Source of the DNA: a virus
Virus record (IMG/VR): IMGVR_UViG_3300009008_000010
Span: 32,001 to 96,000 of that record
DNA: 64,000 nucleotides
Direction: 5' to 3' (one strand)
The translations under genes were made by a program, and so were the position numbers. Within the stretch, counting starts at the first letter, position 1. Each line of letters begins with the position of its first letter. The notes beneath the pieces were generated by a model, which made no database searches, was not told the origin of the DNA, and saw only the letters and a list, made by a program, of their open reading frames with translations. Positions 9,688 through 20,010 of this stretch are shown here, one piece after another.

Positions 9688-10063
9688 CTTTCAATCTTCC
9701 TGTGATTTTAAGAAAGTGCTTCCAGCGTTTGTCAAACCTCAATCTAAGTCGTTGGTATTCCTGCCATTCAGGGTCGGCGTTTCTATTTGCTTCATATTGG
9801 CGAGCTTCTTGTGAGGTCATAGCCCCTCTTGCTGCCGATTTGAAGTCTTCTTTTTGCACTACCCTTTTGAGTCTTACCTCGACTTCTACTATACCGCACC
9901 CCTTGTGGGGGGGTATAGCTTCTGGACTGGGGTATAGCGTGTTGCCAGATATGGCACCGCCGAGTTCATAATCCCAGTCTGTTTTGTCCATGAAGCAGGT
10001 GACTACATCGTTCTCGTCTCCATGTAGAGGTTCAGTAAAAACCCCCTCGTCGTGATTGATCAT
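9674..10063 (-). CDS. hypothetical phage protein
   Basis: ORF in a co-oriented run, with TATAAT upstream on the - strand. Confidence 0.6.
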   Translation of the reverse strand: MINHDEGVFTEPLHGDENDVVTCFMDKTDWDYELGGAISGNTLYPSPEAIPPHKGCGIVEVEVRLKRVVQKEDFKSAARGAMTSQEARQYEANRNADPEWQEYQRLRLRFDKRWKHFLKITGRLKDDEA

Positions 10064-10181
10064 CTGTCTGCGGCTCGACGCCGCTATTGCTAAGGTTCAT
10101 ACCTATTATAGTTGATTTTCGGCCAAAGTGAAGCCGTATCGTTTTTTTGGAAAAAATGGATACATACAGTAGAGGTTTGTC

Positions 10182-10838
10182 ATGCAATTTAAAGAATGGG
10201 TTGAAATCAGTATCGAGTTTGAGGAGTGGTTGAAAGAAAACCATCCTGAACTACTTGAGGAAGATTGGAAAGACATGCTGCGCAGAGCAGCTATGGGAGC
10301 AGCAATGGCTGGCGCTGGTGCTGGGGCAATGAATCCAGCAGATGCGGCGGCGGATCAATTTTTCCGTCAAAGACAGCCACCGGGAGTATCGGCATACGAG
10401 CGACCGGCTCAATTACCAAGGGCGGTTAGTGCAGATAGAACGCAAGGAGCGGAAGAGCCTGGACCCATTAGAGGCGAAAGTCCTATGTCGAAGAGGGCTG
10501 GTGAATCAGGGGTTGGGCTTAATGGTGAGACTTATACTATTGCGGATAATGAGACCATAAAATGGCCCAAACATAAAGCAGTGTCCCATCGAGCCAATAA
10601 CAAATTTACTATTTATTATCCTTCTGAAATGGCAGCTAAATTTAACGAAAAAACAAGACACTATTTTTTCAGTGATGCAAATAAAAGAGCGTTGAGCCAC
10701 CAGAAGGTTTACATGGGCGTTAGTGATCGATATTTAGGACATGCATCGTTTGGCGATCCTTCTTTTAAAGTGTTAGAAGATGGTAGACTTATTATTTCGT
10801 TTTCAATTGGAGGCGTTCAGAGAATAAGGATGAGATAA
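10182..10838 (+). CDS. putative internal virion protein (CTS-like N-terminus)
   Basis: MQFKEWVE...; Ala/Gly-rich segment shared with 35902..36285. Confidence 0.6.
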   Translation: MQFKEWVEISIEFEEWLKENHPELLEEDWKDMLRRAAMGAAMAGAGAGAMNPADAAADQFFRQRQPPGVSAYERPAQLPRAVSADRTQGAEEPGPIRGESPMSKRAGESGVGLNGETYTIADNETIKWPKHKAVSHRANNKFTIYYPSEMAAKFNEKTRHYFFSDANKRALSHQKVYMGVSDRYLGHASFGDPSFKVLEDGRLIISFSIGGVQRIRMR

Positions 10839-10839
10839 T

Positions 10840-11232
10840 ATGAAACGAGATCCTAATAACGCTGTTCTTGCAGGAGTTTGTGCCGGGTTGGCAAAGCACC
10901 TGGGAGTCAGTGCCTTATTGATGAGAGTTATTTTTATTATAGGCACACTATGGTTAGGTGCGCCTTTGTTAATTTACATACTGCTGGCGATTTTAATGCC
11001 GCCTGAAAGAGCAGAGTTTTTTGAGAGTTTGGAGAAACTACACAGGGATGATGAAAAGGGTATGATTGGTGGCGTTTGTGCTGGTATTGCGAATGTTTCC
11101 AGTATAGATGTTACTTTAATTAGAGGGTTATGGATTATTTCGGCTATATACTTTGGCTTCGGAATTATCCCTTATGTCATTCTGTGGATTTTACTTCCAA
11201 AAAAAAGTGACGAGGCGTTAATAAATAAATAA
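10840..11232 (+). CDS. pspC: tandem PspC-domain membrane protein
   Basis: Two R.....(L/I).GVCAG.A...(L/I)R...Y.(I)L.I..P repeats. Confidence 0.88.
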   Translation: MKRDPNNAVLAGVCAGLAKHLGVSALLMRVIFIIGTLWLGAPLLIYILLAILMPPERAEFFESLEKLHRDDEKGMIGGVCAGIANVSSIDVTLIRGLWIISAIYFGFGIIPYVILWILLPKKSDEALINK

Positions 11233-11257
11233 ACTAAAAGTTTGAGGGTGGCGAATT

Positions 11258-12394
11258 ATGTCTTATAGATCATTCACTGAATACTTAGATACTAAAAATC
11301 ACAACGGCAAGGGTAAAATGGTTGAAAAGCCTTCTACGGAGGAGGTTCCAGATTTTAAAGGGAAGCCTAATCCCGAAGGCAATGAGCCGTGTAAATGTAA
11401 AAACATCAAGGATAATCAAGTTGTCGAAACGATGACTAAATTTAAAGAGTACCTTGATGGTAATGGTAAAATGAAAAAGCCAACAGTGGCTTTAAATGTG
11501 AATTTTCCGAAACAGGATTCGCCACCTTCTCAATCTATGCCGCCCGCTCCAGGTCTTGGTCAAGGTAAACCAGCACCTTATACACCGAAGAAGGGTGGTA
11601 AGGCAGGAGAAAAAGGTTTTGCTGATCAAGGGTGTTGCCCAGCTTACGAACCAGATACAAAAAATGCACCCGCTCCTAAAGAGTCTTTGCCCAAATCAGG
11701 TGGCGGCGGGAAACAACCGCAGATAGAAGCCGTAACTGAAATGAGTTTGGCGGAAATGACCTCTTATATTAATGAGCAAAATTATGAGCCAGATGGTTCG
11801 TTTGCTCCCCCAATGGTTACGGCGTATATGCCTGGGAAGTTTATGCCAGATCCAGTTGAGGCGATTGATTACGTGACGCACTTAGCCGCCGTTAATCCCG
11901 CTTTGATGGAAACCATGATTCGTGCTCTAAAATACAAAACCAGTATGGGTTATATTGTCAGCGAAATGGCGAAACATCCCGAAACCTTCAAAGAATTGGC
12001 CGCACTTTTAGAGAGCGAAGATGGACTGAAATATGCTGGTTCTCTTTGTAGGTCTATGAATGATCTTTATTCTAATTACATGGAACAGTTTGAGTCTTTA
12101 AACGAATCCGCTCTTTCTCCCCCTCTAGGAGCCGATGATGAAGATGATGAAGAACTGGATGATGAGTTAGAAGATGATGACGAAGAAGGTGATGAAGATT
12201 TAGGTGATGAAGAAGACGAAGAGGGCGAAGATGAAAACGATCCGTTCGCTGGCGGCGAAGAAGGCCCAGTGCCACCACCTAAAAAGAAGCCCAAAAAACG
12301 TTTTGGACATAATAATATGATTGACGCTATGGGCGGTCATGGACACATGTTGGATGCCATGAAAGGCATGTGTAAACGTTGTGGGGTAATGTAG
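11258..12394 (+). CDS. putative virion/head-associated protein with acidic tract
   Basis: MSYRSFTEYLD and internal MTKFKEYLD; long D/E tract; ATAAATA upstream. Confidence 0.6.
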   Translation: MSYRSFTEYLDTKNHNGKGKMVEKPSTEEVPDFKGKPNPEGNEPCKCKNIKDNQVVETMTKFKEYLDGNGKMKKPTVALNVNFPKQDSPPSQSMPPAPGLGQGKPAPYTPKKGGKAGEKGFADQGCCPAYEPDTKNAPAPKESLPKSGGGGKQPQIEAVTEMSLAEMTSYINEQNYEPDGSFAPPMVTAYMPGKFMPDPVEAIDYVTHLAAVNPALMETMIRALKYKTSMGYIVSEMAKHPETFKELAALLESEDGLKYAGSLCRSMNDLYSNYMEQFESLNESALSPPLGADDEDDEELDDELEDDDEEGDEDLGDEEDEEGEDENDPFAGGEEGPVPPPKKKPKKRFGHNNMIDAMGGHGHMLDAMKGMCKRCGVM

Positions 12395-12414
12395 TTGAAA
12401 AATAGGTTCCATTT

Positions 12415-12423
12415 GCTATAATT
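12415..12423 (+). promoter_or_regulatory. extended -10 promoter element
   Basis: TGCTATAAT just upstream of the dnaE-C ATG; the same 9-mer occurs at about 44716 and 60083. Confidence 0.55.
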
Positions 12424-12430
12424 AACTTCT

Positions 12431-15292
12431 ATGGAACCTAAAAAAAGACTCATACAATTGTGCTTAAAGGCCCTTCAAGAGATGGGCCTTTTTGATGAAC
12501 CTCACAAAAATCGCCTTATGCTAGAAGCGAAGGAAATAGACGCTCAAAGTGAGTTTGATTATTTCCTTGAACTCCACGATAAGTGCGTTAAATACCCAGA
12601 AAACCAAAACAATCTACTGGTAGCTTATCTTCTGGGTCTTGCTCCTGATTTTAACATTGATGCGGAACCCGCATTCGTTATCGGGGAAATGCCGGATATT
12701 GATGTTGATTATCTGCGCCCCGTTCGGGATCGCCTCAAAAATGAGTGGGCACCTGAGCATTATGGTCAAGAATATGTTTGTAACATCGGCAGCTACAACA
12801 GTTATGGTATGCGAAGTTCGTTGATTGATGTTGCTAAAATATTCGGTGAAGATCGTGACCGGATGCTTGAACTCACCAAGAATCTCCCCGATAAGGATGA
12901 AGAGGGCGATCCTATCACATGGGAAAGCGTTCTCAAAATCTATCCGGCTTTGAATACTTTTTGTGAGGAAAACCCGGAAATATTTGATGTGGCCAAACGA
13001 CTCTCGGAAAGCGATTACGGCCCCAGATACAAGAGTTCTGGTAAACACGCTGGAGGTTTAATTGTATCATCTAAGCCTCTTGCGGATTTGGTGCCTCTGG
13101 TAGTTGATAAAGATGGTCTTATCACTTCCGCTTGGCCCGAAGGACTTAACACGCAAGACCTTGGCCCAGTCGGGCTTATTAAATTTGACTGCTTAGTAAT
13201 TACAAACCTTCAACAGATTGCTGATATTGCAGAATTAGTTAAACAAAGACACCAATTAAACGCTATTTGCTCTACAGATGGAAAAAACAATTGGTCAGAT
13301 ACGAGTTATTTAAATGATGAAAAAGCCATTGAGATGGCAAATGAAGGCGATTTAAGATGTATCTTTCAGTTTGATTCGCCAGGGATTCGTGGACTTGTTA
13401 AATCTGGTGGCGTCACAGATTTTGATGATTTGGTGGCTTATACAGCTTTATATCGTCCTGGTCCTCTCGGAATGGGCATGTCGGAGAAGTTTGTAAAACG
13501 TAAGAAGGGCGAAGAGCAATACGAGATACACCCGATTATGGAGCCTATTCTTGGCAGCACCTACGGAGTTATGGCATACCAAGAACAGGTTATGAAAATC
13601 CTGCACGCAGTTGGTGGAGTTCCTCTTAAAGATTGCGAAAAGGTAAGAAAAGCGATCAGTAAGAAGAAGGAAGAAATATTTGAAAAAATCAAGCCGCAAT
13701 TTATAGAAGTCGGTTCTGAACGATTACAGCGTGATTGTGATTGGGAACTTGAAGAAGATTTTAATGAAGTTATCCGCAGGGAATATGATCCCAGCGAAGA
13801 CATGGATTATAATATTAAAAAACTCTCAGGCATCCCCTATAGAGACGGCAAACCCAGTCCTTACCCTAAGAGCATGGGTCTGGTGGCCGCTTTGTTAAAA
13901 ATGAAATACGCTGATGCTGCTCGAACCCAACCCATTCTTCACAAATATGCCGCTGCTGCTGAAGCTCGGTCTTTGTGGGAACAAATTGAAGCCTTTGCAG
14001 CTTATGGATTTAATAAAAGTCATGCTGTGGCTTACACCTATATCTCTTCTCGCCTCTTATATTTGAAGGCTAATTATCCTGTTGAATTTTATGCTGGGAT
14101 TCTCAAGTCTGAAACTAAGGAAGGCAAGATCAAGGAGTATAAAACTGAGGCGGCTATTCACGCTGTTGAGATCAAACCTTTGGATTTGAACCGTTCTGGT
14201 GTCAGGTTTCAGATTTATCAGGAAGGAAGTGACCCCGCTCTCACAGACCCGATTTATTTCGGATTTTCTAACATCAAGGGCATTGGGCACGAATCGGCCC
14301 AGAATATGGTGGATCACCAGCCCTACAGTGGGTTTGATGATTTCTTGTTTAGGTTTGGAACAGAGGCAAAAGTTCTCAAGCCTTTAGTGTGTTTGAGGTT
14401 GTTTGGCGATGATAATTTGGAGGATTTATGGAGATATTACGACACTTACAAGAAATTATCTAAGAACCGCAAGGATAGCGAAGTGAGGAATCGCAAGTCC
14501 TTAATTAGATATGAGGAAGAATTAAAAGAGTTGCTGGCTGTTGACCCGGAGGCGGTAATTAGTTGGGATGAAGGCAATTTAGAAATATGGGAAGCAAAGT
14601 ATGATGAAGACGAGATAAGAGAGCAGGTTTGCACTAAAGCCGGTTCTCCAAAATATGGTAAATTAGATCAGGTGAAATTTAATCGTTGGAAGAAATTAAA
14701 AAGTCTCTATAACAGGCGAAACAAGTGCATAAATGGTCAAGCTGAGAAGATGCGCGAATGGGAAGAAAACCCTTTTACGTTTGATAAATTTCGCCCCGAT
14801 ATAGCTGAGGAAGAGGTGTTTATAACCAAAGAGATGCAGTCTTATTTTGATTCCTTGGAGTTGGCTCAAGAGAAGTTCTTAGGGTTCCTGTGGGATCATC
14901 CTTTGGTAAAGTCGCCTGATTTTACTAATTTAACTTACTCTCATCTAAGGGAATTACTGGACGAGAACCCCAACATAACAGATGCTCCGGTAGAAATTCT
15001 TACAATTGAGATAAGACGTAGAGATTGGAAAAGCGGTAAAGGCTTTAATTACACCATAAATGCAGAAGATGCAAATGGTGAAAGGAACTATGTTACTGTT
15101 TGGCCAGATGACTTTGATCGATTTAATGAAGAATTCACTGAGGGGATGTTATTGAGGTTGAGAGTGCAACCACCAACTAAATATGGTTACACTTTGGATG
15201 GCCCTCCCAAATGGAAGCGGCACACCCTTCCCGACAAAGATAGAGATGTTAGAGTTGTAAAACTTAGGTATCCTGTGGAGGAAATAACGTGA
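12431..15292 (+). CDS. dnaE: DNA polymerase III alpha, C-terminal catalytic fragment
   Basis: MPDIDVD, GKHAGG, GLIKFDCL, IFQFDS, ALYRPGPL, YQEQVM, FAAYGFNKSHAVAY, GFSNIKGIG, OB-like C-terminus. Confidence 0.95.
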   Translation: MEPKKRLIQLCLKALQEMGLFDEPHKNRLMLEAKEIDAQSEFDYFLELHDKCVKYPENQNNLLVAYLLGLAPDFNIDAEPAFVIGEMPDIDVDYLRPVRDRLKNEWAPEHYGQEYVCNIGSYNSYGMRSSLIDVAKIFGEDRDRMLELTKNLPDKDEEGDPITWESVLKIYPALNTFCEENPEIFDVAKRLSESDYGPRYKSSGKHAGGLIVSSKPLADLVPLVVDKDGLITSAWPEGLNTQDLGPVGLIKFDCLVITNLQQIADIAELVKQRHQLNAICSTDGKNNWSDTSYLNDEKAIEMANEGDLRCIFQFDSPGIRGLVKSGGVTDFDDLVAYTALYRPGPLGMGMSEKFVKRKKGEEQYEIHPIMEPILGSTYGVMAYQEQVMKILHAVGGVPLKDCEKVRKAISKKKEEIFEKIKPQFIEVGSERLQRDCDWELEEDFNEVIRREYDPSEDMDYNIKKLSGIPYRDGKPSPYPKSMGLVAALLKMKYADAARTQPILHKYAAAAEARSLWEQIEAFAAYGFNKSHAVAYTYISSRLLYLKANYPVEFYAGILKSETKEGKIKEYKTEAAIHAVEIKPLDLNRSGVRFQIYQEGSDPALTDPIYFGFSNIKGIGHESAQNMVDHQPYSGFDDFLFRFGTEAKVLKPLVCLRLFGDDNLEDLWRYYDTYKKLSKNRKDSEVRNRKSLIRYEEELKELLAVDPEAVISWDEGNLEIWEAKYDEDEIREQVCTKAGSPKYGKLDQVKFNRWKKLKSLYNRRNKCINGQAEKMREWEENPFTFDKFRPDIAEEEVFITKEMQSYFDSLELAQEKFLGFLWDHPLVKSPDFTNLTYSHLRELLDENPNITDAPVEILTIEIRRRDWKSGKGFNYTINAEDANGERNYVTVWPDDFDRFNEEFTEGMLLRLRVQPPTKYGYTLDGPPKWKRHTLPDKDRDVRVVKLRYPVEEIT

Positions 15293-15792
15293 GTGAAGAA
15301 GTAGTCATTAATGAAGATAATTTTAGCGAGTATTTTTTTGATGCAAGGACGCACAAACCCCAACGGGGACAGTGCATGGCCATATATACTGCTGTGGCCG
15401 AATTAGTGGATGGTCAGTTGAAGCGAGATGTGGTTTATCTTTTGAGCAGTACGCCCAAGGTGAGCGAAAGCATACAACTCCTTCGTAAAATAGCCTTGAT
15501 GAATGAAGAGGATGCTATCAGTATTTGTCTGGATATTGCGAGACGATTGCATGAAGGACAAACATCAGATGTGATTTGTGAGCATCCTCACGAATATAAA
15601 TTTGAGGCGGGATATTACACGAACAAGGAACATATCCCCACGGATGACAAGCATTGGGCTATGGTAGAGCTTACCAACTTGGAGGAGTTTATCGAAGAAA
15701 CTGAGGAAGGTACCATCAAAACCAAGATCGTAATGAATCCAACCGAAGAAGAAATAAAAGAATTTAAAGATCAAACCGAGGATAATACATAA
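15289..15792 (+). CDS. hypothetical protein
   Basis: GGAGG RBS with GTG start; overlaps the dnaE stop. Confidence 0.65.
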   Translation: MSEEVVINEDNFSEYFFDARTHKPQRGQCMAIYTAVAELVDGQLKRDVVYLLSSTPKVSESIQLLRKIALMNEEDAISICLDIARRLHEGQTSDVICEHPHEYKFEAGYYTNKEHIPTDDKHWAMVELTNLEEFIEETEEGTIKTKIVMNPTEEEIKEFKDQTEDNT

Positions 15793-15821
15793 ATAGTGGT
15801 TGGGTAGTTAATAAAGGATAT

Positions 15822-16448
15822 ATGATGGACAAGAAAGATTTTCAAAATTGGCAAGATATGTGGGAAAAGGCAATGGACGAAGATGTTCCAACGCCAGCAG
15901 CGACACCACCAGAACAACAATCTAGGCAGGTTTATTTTAATAATCCGAGTGGTGCTGCCGATCCTCCGCAATCAGACAATTCATCTGTAGACAAAGAATA
16001 CTGGGATCAGATTTATAAAGCCTCTATGCACCCAGGCGATTCTCCCGATCCTTTACAGGCTGCTTTCGGCGCAGAAAGTGAAATTTTAACTGAAAAAGCC
16101 GAAGATATGAATGTAACAACGCCCAAACCAGTGGCACCCAACCAATCCAAGGATGAATTGGGAGATATTGCCAAAACCAAGGCAAATGCTGCCAATCCTA
16201 TTGATCCTGGTTCTATTGGCAAGGATCAAGATTACAAACCCAACCTTGCTGATGCTCACCAATTAGAGCAATTGCATAATTTAAAAATCAATCTTTATGA
16301 GCTTGAATGCAAGCTAAATACTAACGATTGTCTCGCTAAAACCGACAAAGGCAAAAAAATTCAGAATCAAATTGATGCACTGAAAACTCATATAGATGAG
16401 TTGAGTGATACGATCACTCCCGATTTCTTGCAATCATATTTGTCGTAA
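15822..16448 (+). CDS. hypothetical protein with C-terminal coiled coil
   Basis: ORF with AAGGA RBS and ATAAATA upstream. Confidence 0.65.
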   Translation: MMDKKDFQNWQDMWEKAMDEDVPTPAATPPEQQSRQVYFNNPSGAADPPQSDNSSVDKEYWDQIYKASMHPGDSPDPLQAAFGAESEILTEKAEDMNVTTPKPVAPNQSKDELGDIAKTKANAANPIDPGSIGKDQDYKPNLADAHQLEQLHNLKINLYELECKLNTNDCLAKTDKGKKIQNQIDALKTHIDELSDTITPDFLQSYLS

Positions 16449-17170
16449 TGAGAAATAAAAACTTAAAAAAGAAAAAATTAGCTTTTGTCCATATCCCTAA
16501 AAGTGCTGGGGTCTCTGCGGAAGTGTGGTTCTACAGAATGTTGGGCCACAAATCTGATATAGTTTGGGCTAACAGTTGGCGAATGGGTATGGGGCGAGAC
16601 TGGTTGCCTTCTGAAATCCATTCGTGTCTACATTTTCCTAAAGTTTTCATTCACAACCACTCTCCCAACTGGACTATCGAATCGTTAGAAGAACTTAAAG
16701 AGCATGGCTTTTTTGTTTTCGCGTGGATAAGGAAATGCCCTTACGACTGCTTGTGTTCTTATTATCACTTCTTCAGGAATATGCAAGAGCACTATGATCG
16801 AGAGGATATTGGTGCGGAATTTTTCAAACCTACCAGAGGGGCTGTGTTTGAAGCTCCCGAAATGGATGTAAATGAGTGGTTAGTTAAATGGGCCGACTTG
16901 TTTTCGGGTATTCTGCCCATGAAAACTTATAAGTATTTCGATTATTTCAAAGTCTACAGTGACAAAAACTTTGGAGATTTCATCGAACAAGAGCTTGAAT
17001 TGAAATACTACGATCATCGTCCCCCTATAATGCACATGAACAAAAGTGAAAATCGAGGGTGGCGTTATTACAGAAAAAGTGGTATCATTACGGATGAAAC
17101 TGTTGATTTTCTAAAAAACGGTAAGTATGTGAATCTCTATAACGAATTATTGGCGAAGGCAAATGAGTAA
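16448..17170 (+). CDS. sulfotransferase-like protein
   Basis: 5'-PSB-like FVHIPKSAG; R..YD...SYY. Confidence 0.75.
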   Translation: MRNKNLKKKKLAFVHIPKSAGVSAEVWFYRMLGHKSDIVWANSWRMGMGRDWLPSEIHSCLHFPKVFIHNHSPNWTIESLEELKEHGFFVFAWIRKCPYDCLCSYYHFFRNMQEHYDREDIGAEFFKPTRGAVFEAPEMDVNEWLVKWADLFSGILPMKTYKYFDYFKVYSDKNFGDFIEQELELKYYDHRPPIMHMNKSENRGWRYYRKSGIITDETVDFLKNGKYVNLYNELLAKANE

Positions 17171-17948
17171 TTACGGTATATTGACTGGTGCATCGTCGGA
17201 ATATTTCAGGTGTCTCAAGTTAATGGTCATGTCTTGTAAAAGACAAGGTATTCCCATAACGGTTCTGGATGATGGGCTTTTAGAAGAACAGGTTGAACAT
17301 ATTGTAGATGAGGGTGCGGACGTTGTAGAAGGCACTGCGGGCATAGTTGCGGAGCGGTATGTTTACAACCCCAACAATCCTTTGATCATTTATGAAAAAC
17401 CATTTAAATGCCTGAGAACTCCTTACGAAAAAACGGTTTGGATAGATTCAGATGCTATCCCACTCAGGGATACCATGTTTTACTTCGATGTGTTAGATAA
17501 AGAAGAGGCGTTTTTCACCAAAGATTATTTTTCTAAATTCAGTGTCAGCCTGCCACTTTTAGAGGCGCTTCGATGCCCAAATGCAGAGATGGTTGATTTA
17601 GGTTTTAATTCTGGCGTTTTTGGTTGGACAGGCAATTGTGAGATCATAGAGTTATGGGCATCTGTGGTGCATTATGTCTCCACAGTCCCAGAATTAAGAA
17701 AGCTCCCGAAGTGCTGCGATCAAGATATGCTTTGCTACGCTGTAAATGCTTTGGACAAGTCGCATTTGATTTTAGATGGCACCAAGTATAATACGCCAGC
17801 TAACTTTCAGGATGACAAAAACGTAGAGCGACGAAAACAATACGAAGGAACTGACGAGGACGTATTTGACGCAATTTGTGCGGACCATTCAGAATCACTT
17901 GTTGTTCACTGGATGGGAATACCCAAATTAGATCATTTGGCTTTTTAA
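17163..17948 (+). CDS. GT8/nucleotide-diphospho-sugar transferase-like protein
   Basis: WIDSD, FNSGVF, DQDML, VVHWMG.PK. Confidence 0.75.
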   Translation: MSNYGILTGASSEYFRCLKLMVMSCKRQGIPITVLDDGLLEEQVEHIVDEGADVVEGTAGIVAERYVYNPNNPLIIYEKPFKCLRTPYEKTVWIDSDAIPLRDTMFYFDVLDKEEAFFTKDYFSKFSVSLPLLEALRCPNAEMVDLGFNSGVFGWTGNCEIIELWASVVHYVSTVPELRKLPKCCDQDMLCYAVNALDKSHLILDGTKYNTPANFQDDKNVERRKQYEGTDEDVFDAICADHSESLVVHWMGIPKLDHLAF

Positions 17949-17959
17949 GGAGAGAAAGA

Positions 17960-18490
17960 GTGATTGTAACGAAAGCACCTGCCCCTGTTACGGATTTGTT
18001 TAGGGAAGTTCGTGAGAAGCATCACCCCAATTTAGATCAAGCCGCTATAGGTGTTTGTTTTACTGACGCCAAGCCATTTCGAGGCGATCAAATTAATTTG
18101 GGAAAAGTTTCTAAGTTTTCCCCTGCTGACCAAGTTTGGCAGGACACAAAGAGAGATTTCTGTATTACGTTATGTGCAGATGTGTGGTATCAGATTTTAA
18201 ATGAAGAGCAACGTGAAGCACTGGCAGATTTGCACTTAACTTGTTGCGATGTTGAGCATGAGCCTGTTGTTGAAATTGTTGGAAATCGTAAAAAACCCGT
18301 TAAAGATGAATGGGGTCGCGTTCAAAAGACTGATGAAATTAAATACAATGATGATGGTAGTCCAAAGTGGAAAATAAGACCCTTAGATTTGATAGTTTTT
18401 GCTGACAATGCGCGTAAATATGATCTGTGGCTTAAAGAAGTCATAGATGGTCTTGAACCCTTAACGGTGCAGCAAAATGAAGAAGTATAG
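17960..18490 (+). CDS. phage putative metallopeptidase-like protein (HExxH degenerate)
   Basis: LGKVSK...DFCITL..DVW..LNEEQREALADLHL...WKIRPLDL..F. Confidence 0.55.
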   Translation: MIVTKAPAPVTDLFREVREKHHPNLDQAAIGVCFTDAKPFRGDQINLGKVSKFSPADQVWQDTKRDFCITLCADVWYQILNEEQREALADLHLTCCDVEHEPVVEIVGNRKKPVKDEWGRVQKTDEIKYNDDGSPKWKIRPLDLIVFADNARKYDLWLKEVIDGLEPLTVQQNEEV

Positions 18491-18905
18491 AAGAGTGGGA
18501 CTCTATGTATTATGCCTAGCATTAGGCGTGGCTATTTTTGTGTTTAGCTGTTTAACACCTCCTCAACCCCAGCCGCCCCAATTTCAACAATCTGTTGTTG
18601 AAATTAGCGAAATTGGGAAAGAGATACCTGTTATGAGGATTCGCATAATTTCAGGTCACGAATTTGACTTGAAATTGGAGGATGGCCGCAGAATTCTTGG
18701 TCGTCTTACTGTAACGACACCCGAAGGCGAGGAAGTTCGGGATAAGGTCATTGATTTTTTGAACTCCCCCGGAGTCACCCATCCCGCAGTTGTTTTACTT
18801 GGTAAGTTAGATCACGCATGGAGCATTGAGTTGTACTTGAATGTAGGTGAAGAACGGGTACAATTGACTAGCTGGTTGCGTGAAAATGGGCTGATCTGGG
18901 AATAA
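18477..18905 (+). CDS. membrane-anchored thermonuclease-like OB protein (degenerate)
   Basis: TM leader; RIISGHEF.L....RI..RL...TPE resembles the SNase fold. Confidence 0.4.
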   Translation: MKKYRRVGLYVLCLALGVAIFVFSCLTPPQPQPPQFQQSVVEISEIGKEIPVMRIRIISGHEFDLKLEDGRRILGRLTVTTPEGEEVRDKVIDFLNSPGVTHPAVVLLGKLDHAWSIELYLNVGEERVQLTSWLRENGLIWE

Positions 18906-18921
18906 TGCGAAGGTATGTAAC

Positions 18922-20010
18922 ATGTCAGAGGTTGCTGTAGATGAAATCCCTACCGAGAGTAGTGGCTTTGAACGACAATTTGAGAGTTGGAAAGATCAGA
19001 TTAAGTCGGGTGAGAAGGTAGCTATATTCACCCATAGAAGCCCTGATCCAGATGCTATTGGATCTACGATGGCTCTCATGTGGTTGCTCGATAAATTCGG
19101 CATCGAAGCTGAGGCTTTCTTTGTAGGCGCTGTTAGTCATCCTCAGAATCTAGCTATGTGCAATCTTTTATCGCCACTTAGCAGGCCCGTTGAGGATTAT
19201 GACTCTAGCGAGTTTGCGCATAATGTGATGCTAGACTGTTGCCCAGATGGGGATAATGCGGGCCTGCCTAAAGATAAACCGAAGTTCGATTTGGTTGTAG
19301 ATCACCATAAGGCTATTCCCAACAACGGTTTTAGTGGCACGTTCATTAATTTAAAGAACGGTAGTTGCAGTTCCACCATTTACGCATTGATCAAGGCTTC
19401 CAGTTTTGATTTTCAGGATGACAACGCCGCCGATAGTAAAGTGGCTACGTCATTGATGGTAGGAGTGTTGACAGATACGGACGGTCTACTGGCTGATTCC
19501 TGTACCGAGTATGAATTTAATGCATATTCGGGTCTGTTTGAATTCAGAAATGACAATGCTTTGCGGGCGATCATTAAATACAAACGCCCCAAGTTCTGGG
19601 TCACTAAGAAGGCAGACGCTACTAAGACGGCCACTATTGACGATGATGGTGTGGCTATTGTGGGCGTAGGGCTGCTCCCAGAAAAACACTTCAATTTAAT
19701 TGCCGATATTGCCGATGAAATGATCTCATGGGCCTCTGTTGAAACGGCGGTTTGTTTCGCAATTATCAACGGGGAGAGGCTTGTAGGCTCAGTTAGAAGT
19801 ATCAACGCAAGTGTTGACACGGATTTGATTTGCAGCCGTTTAGGTGGCCGATTTGGATCTGGTGGTGGTCGAGAAGGTAAGGGTTCATATTCATTTTCAA
19901 TTCAGGGTCTTTCTATTGAAGAGGAAGATGATGAAGAAGTGAAGTCGGCTGTGTGGGCTACTGCCAATACAAAGGAAATCAAGCGAGTCAAGAGGATTCT
20001 CAACAGTTAG
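18922..20010 (+). CDS. DHH/DHHA1 phosphoesterase (NrnA-like)
   Basis: HRSPDPDAIGS, VVDHH, GVLTDT, GSVRS, GSGGG. Confidence 0.9.
   Translation: MSEVAVDEIPTESSGFERQFESWKDQIKSGEKVAIFTHRSPDPDAIGSTMALMWLLDKFGIEAEAFFVGAVSHPQNLAMCNLLSPLSRPVEDYDSSEFAHNVMLDCCPDGDNAGLPKDKPKFDLVVDHHKAIPNNGFSGTFINLKNGSCSSTIYALIKASSFDFQDDNAADSKVATSLMVGVLTDTDGLLADSCTEYEFNAYSGLFEFRNDNALRAIIKYKRPKFWVTKKADATKTATIDDDGVAIVGVGLLPEKHFNLIADIADEMISWASVETAVCFAIINGERLVGSVRSINASVDTDLICSRLGGRFGSGGGREGKGSYSFSIQGLSIEEEDDEEVKSAVWATANTKEIKRVKRILNS

Noticed and set aside
12130-12240. GAT/GAA-rich repeats and antisense poly-Ser/His ORFs
   Set aside because: They encode the acidic tract of 11258-12394; the antisense ORFs are shadows.
2700-12700. 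Split intein or group I intron joining the dnaE halves
   Set aside because: No intein N-terminal Cys block or C-terminal HN-C/S/T, and the interval holds ordinary genes on both strands.
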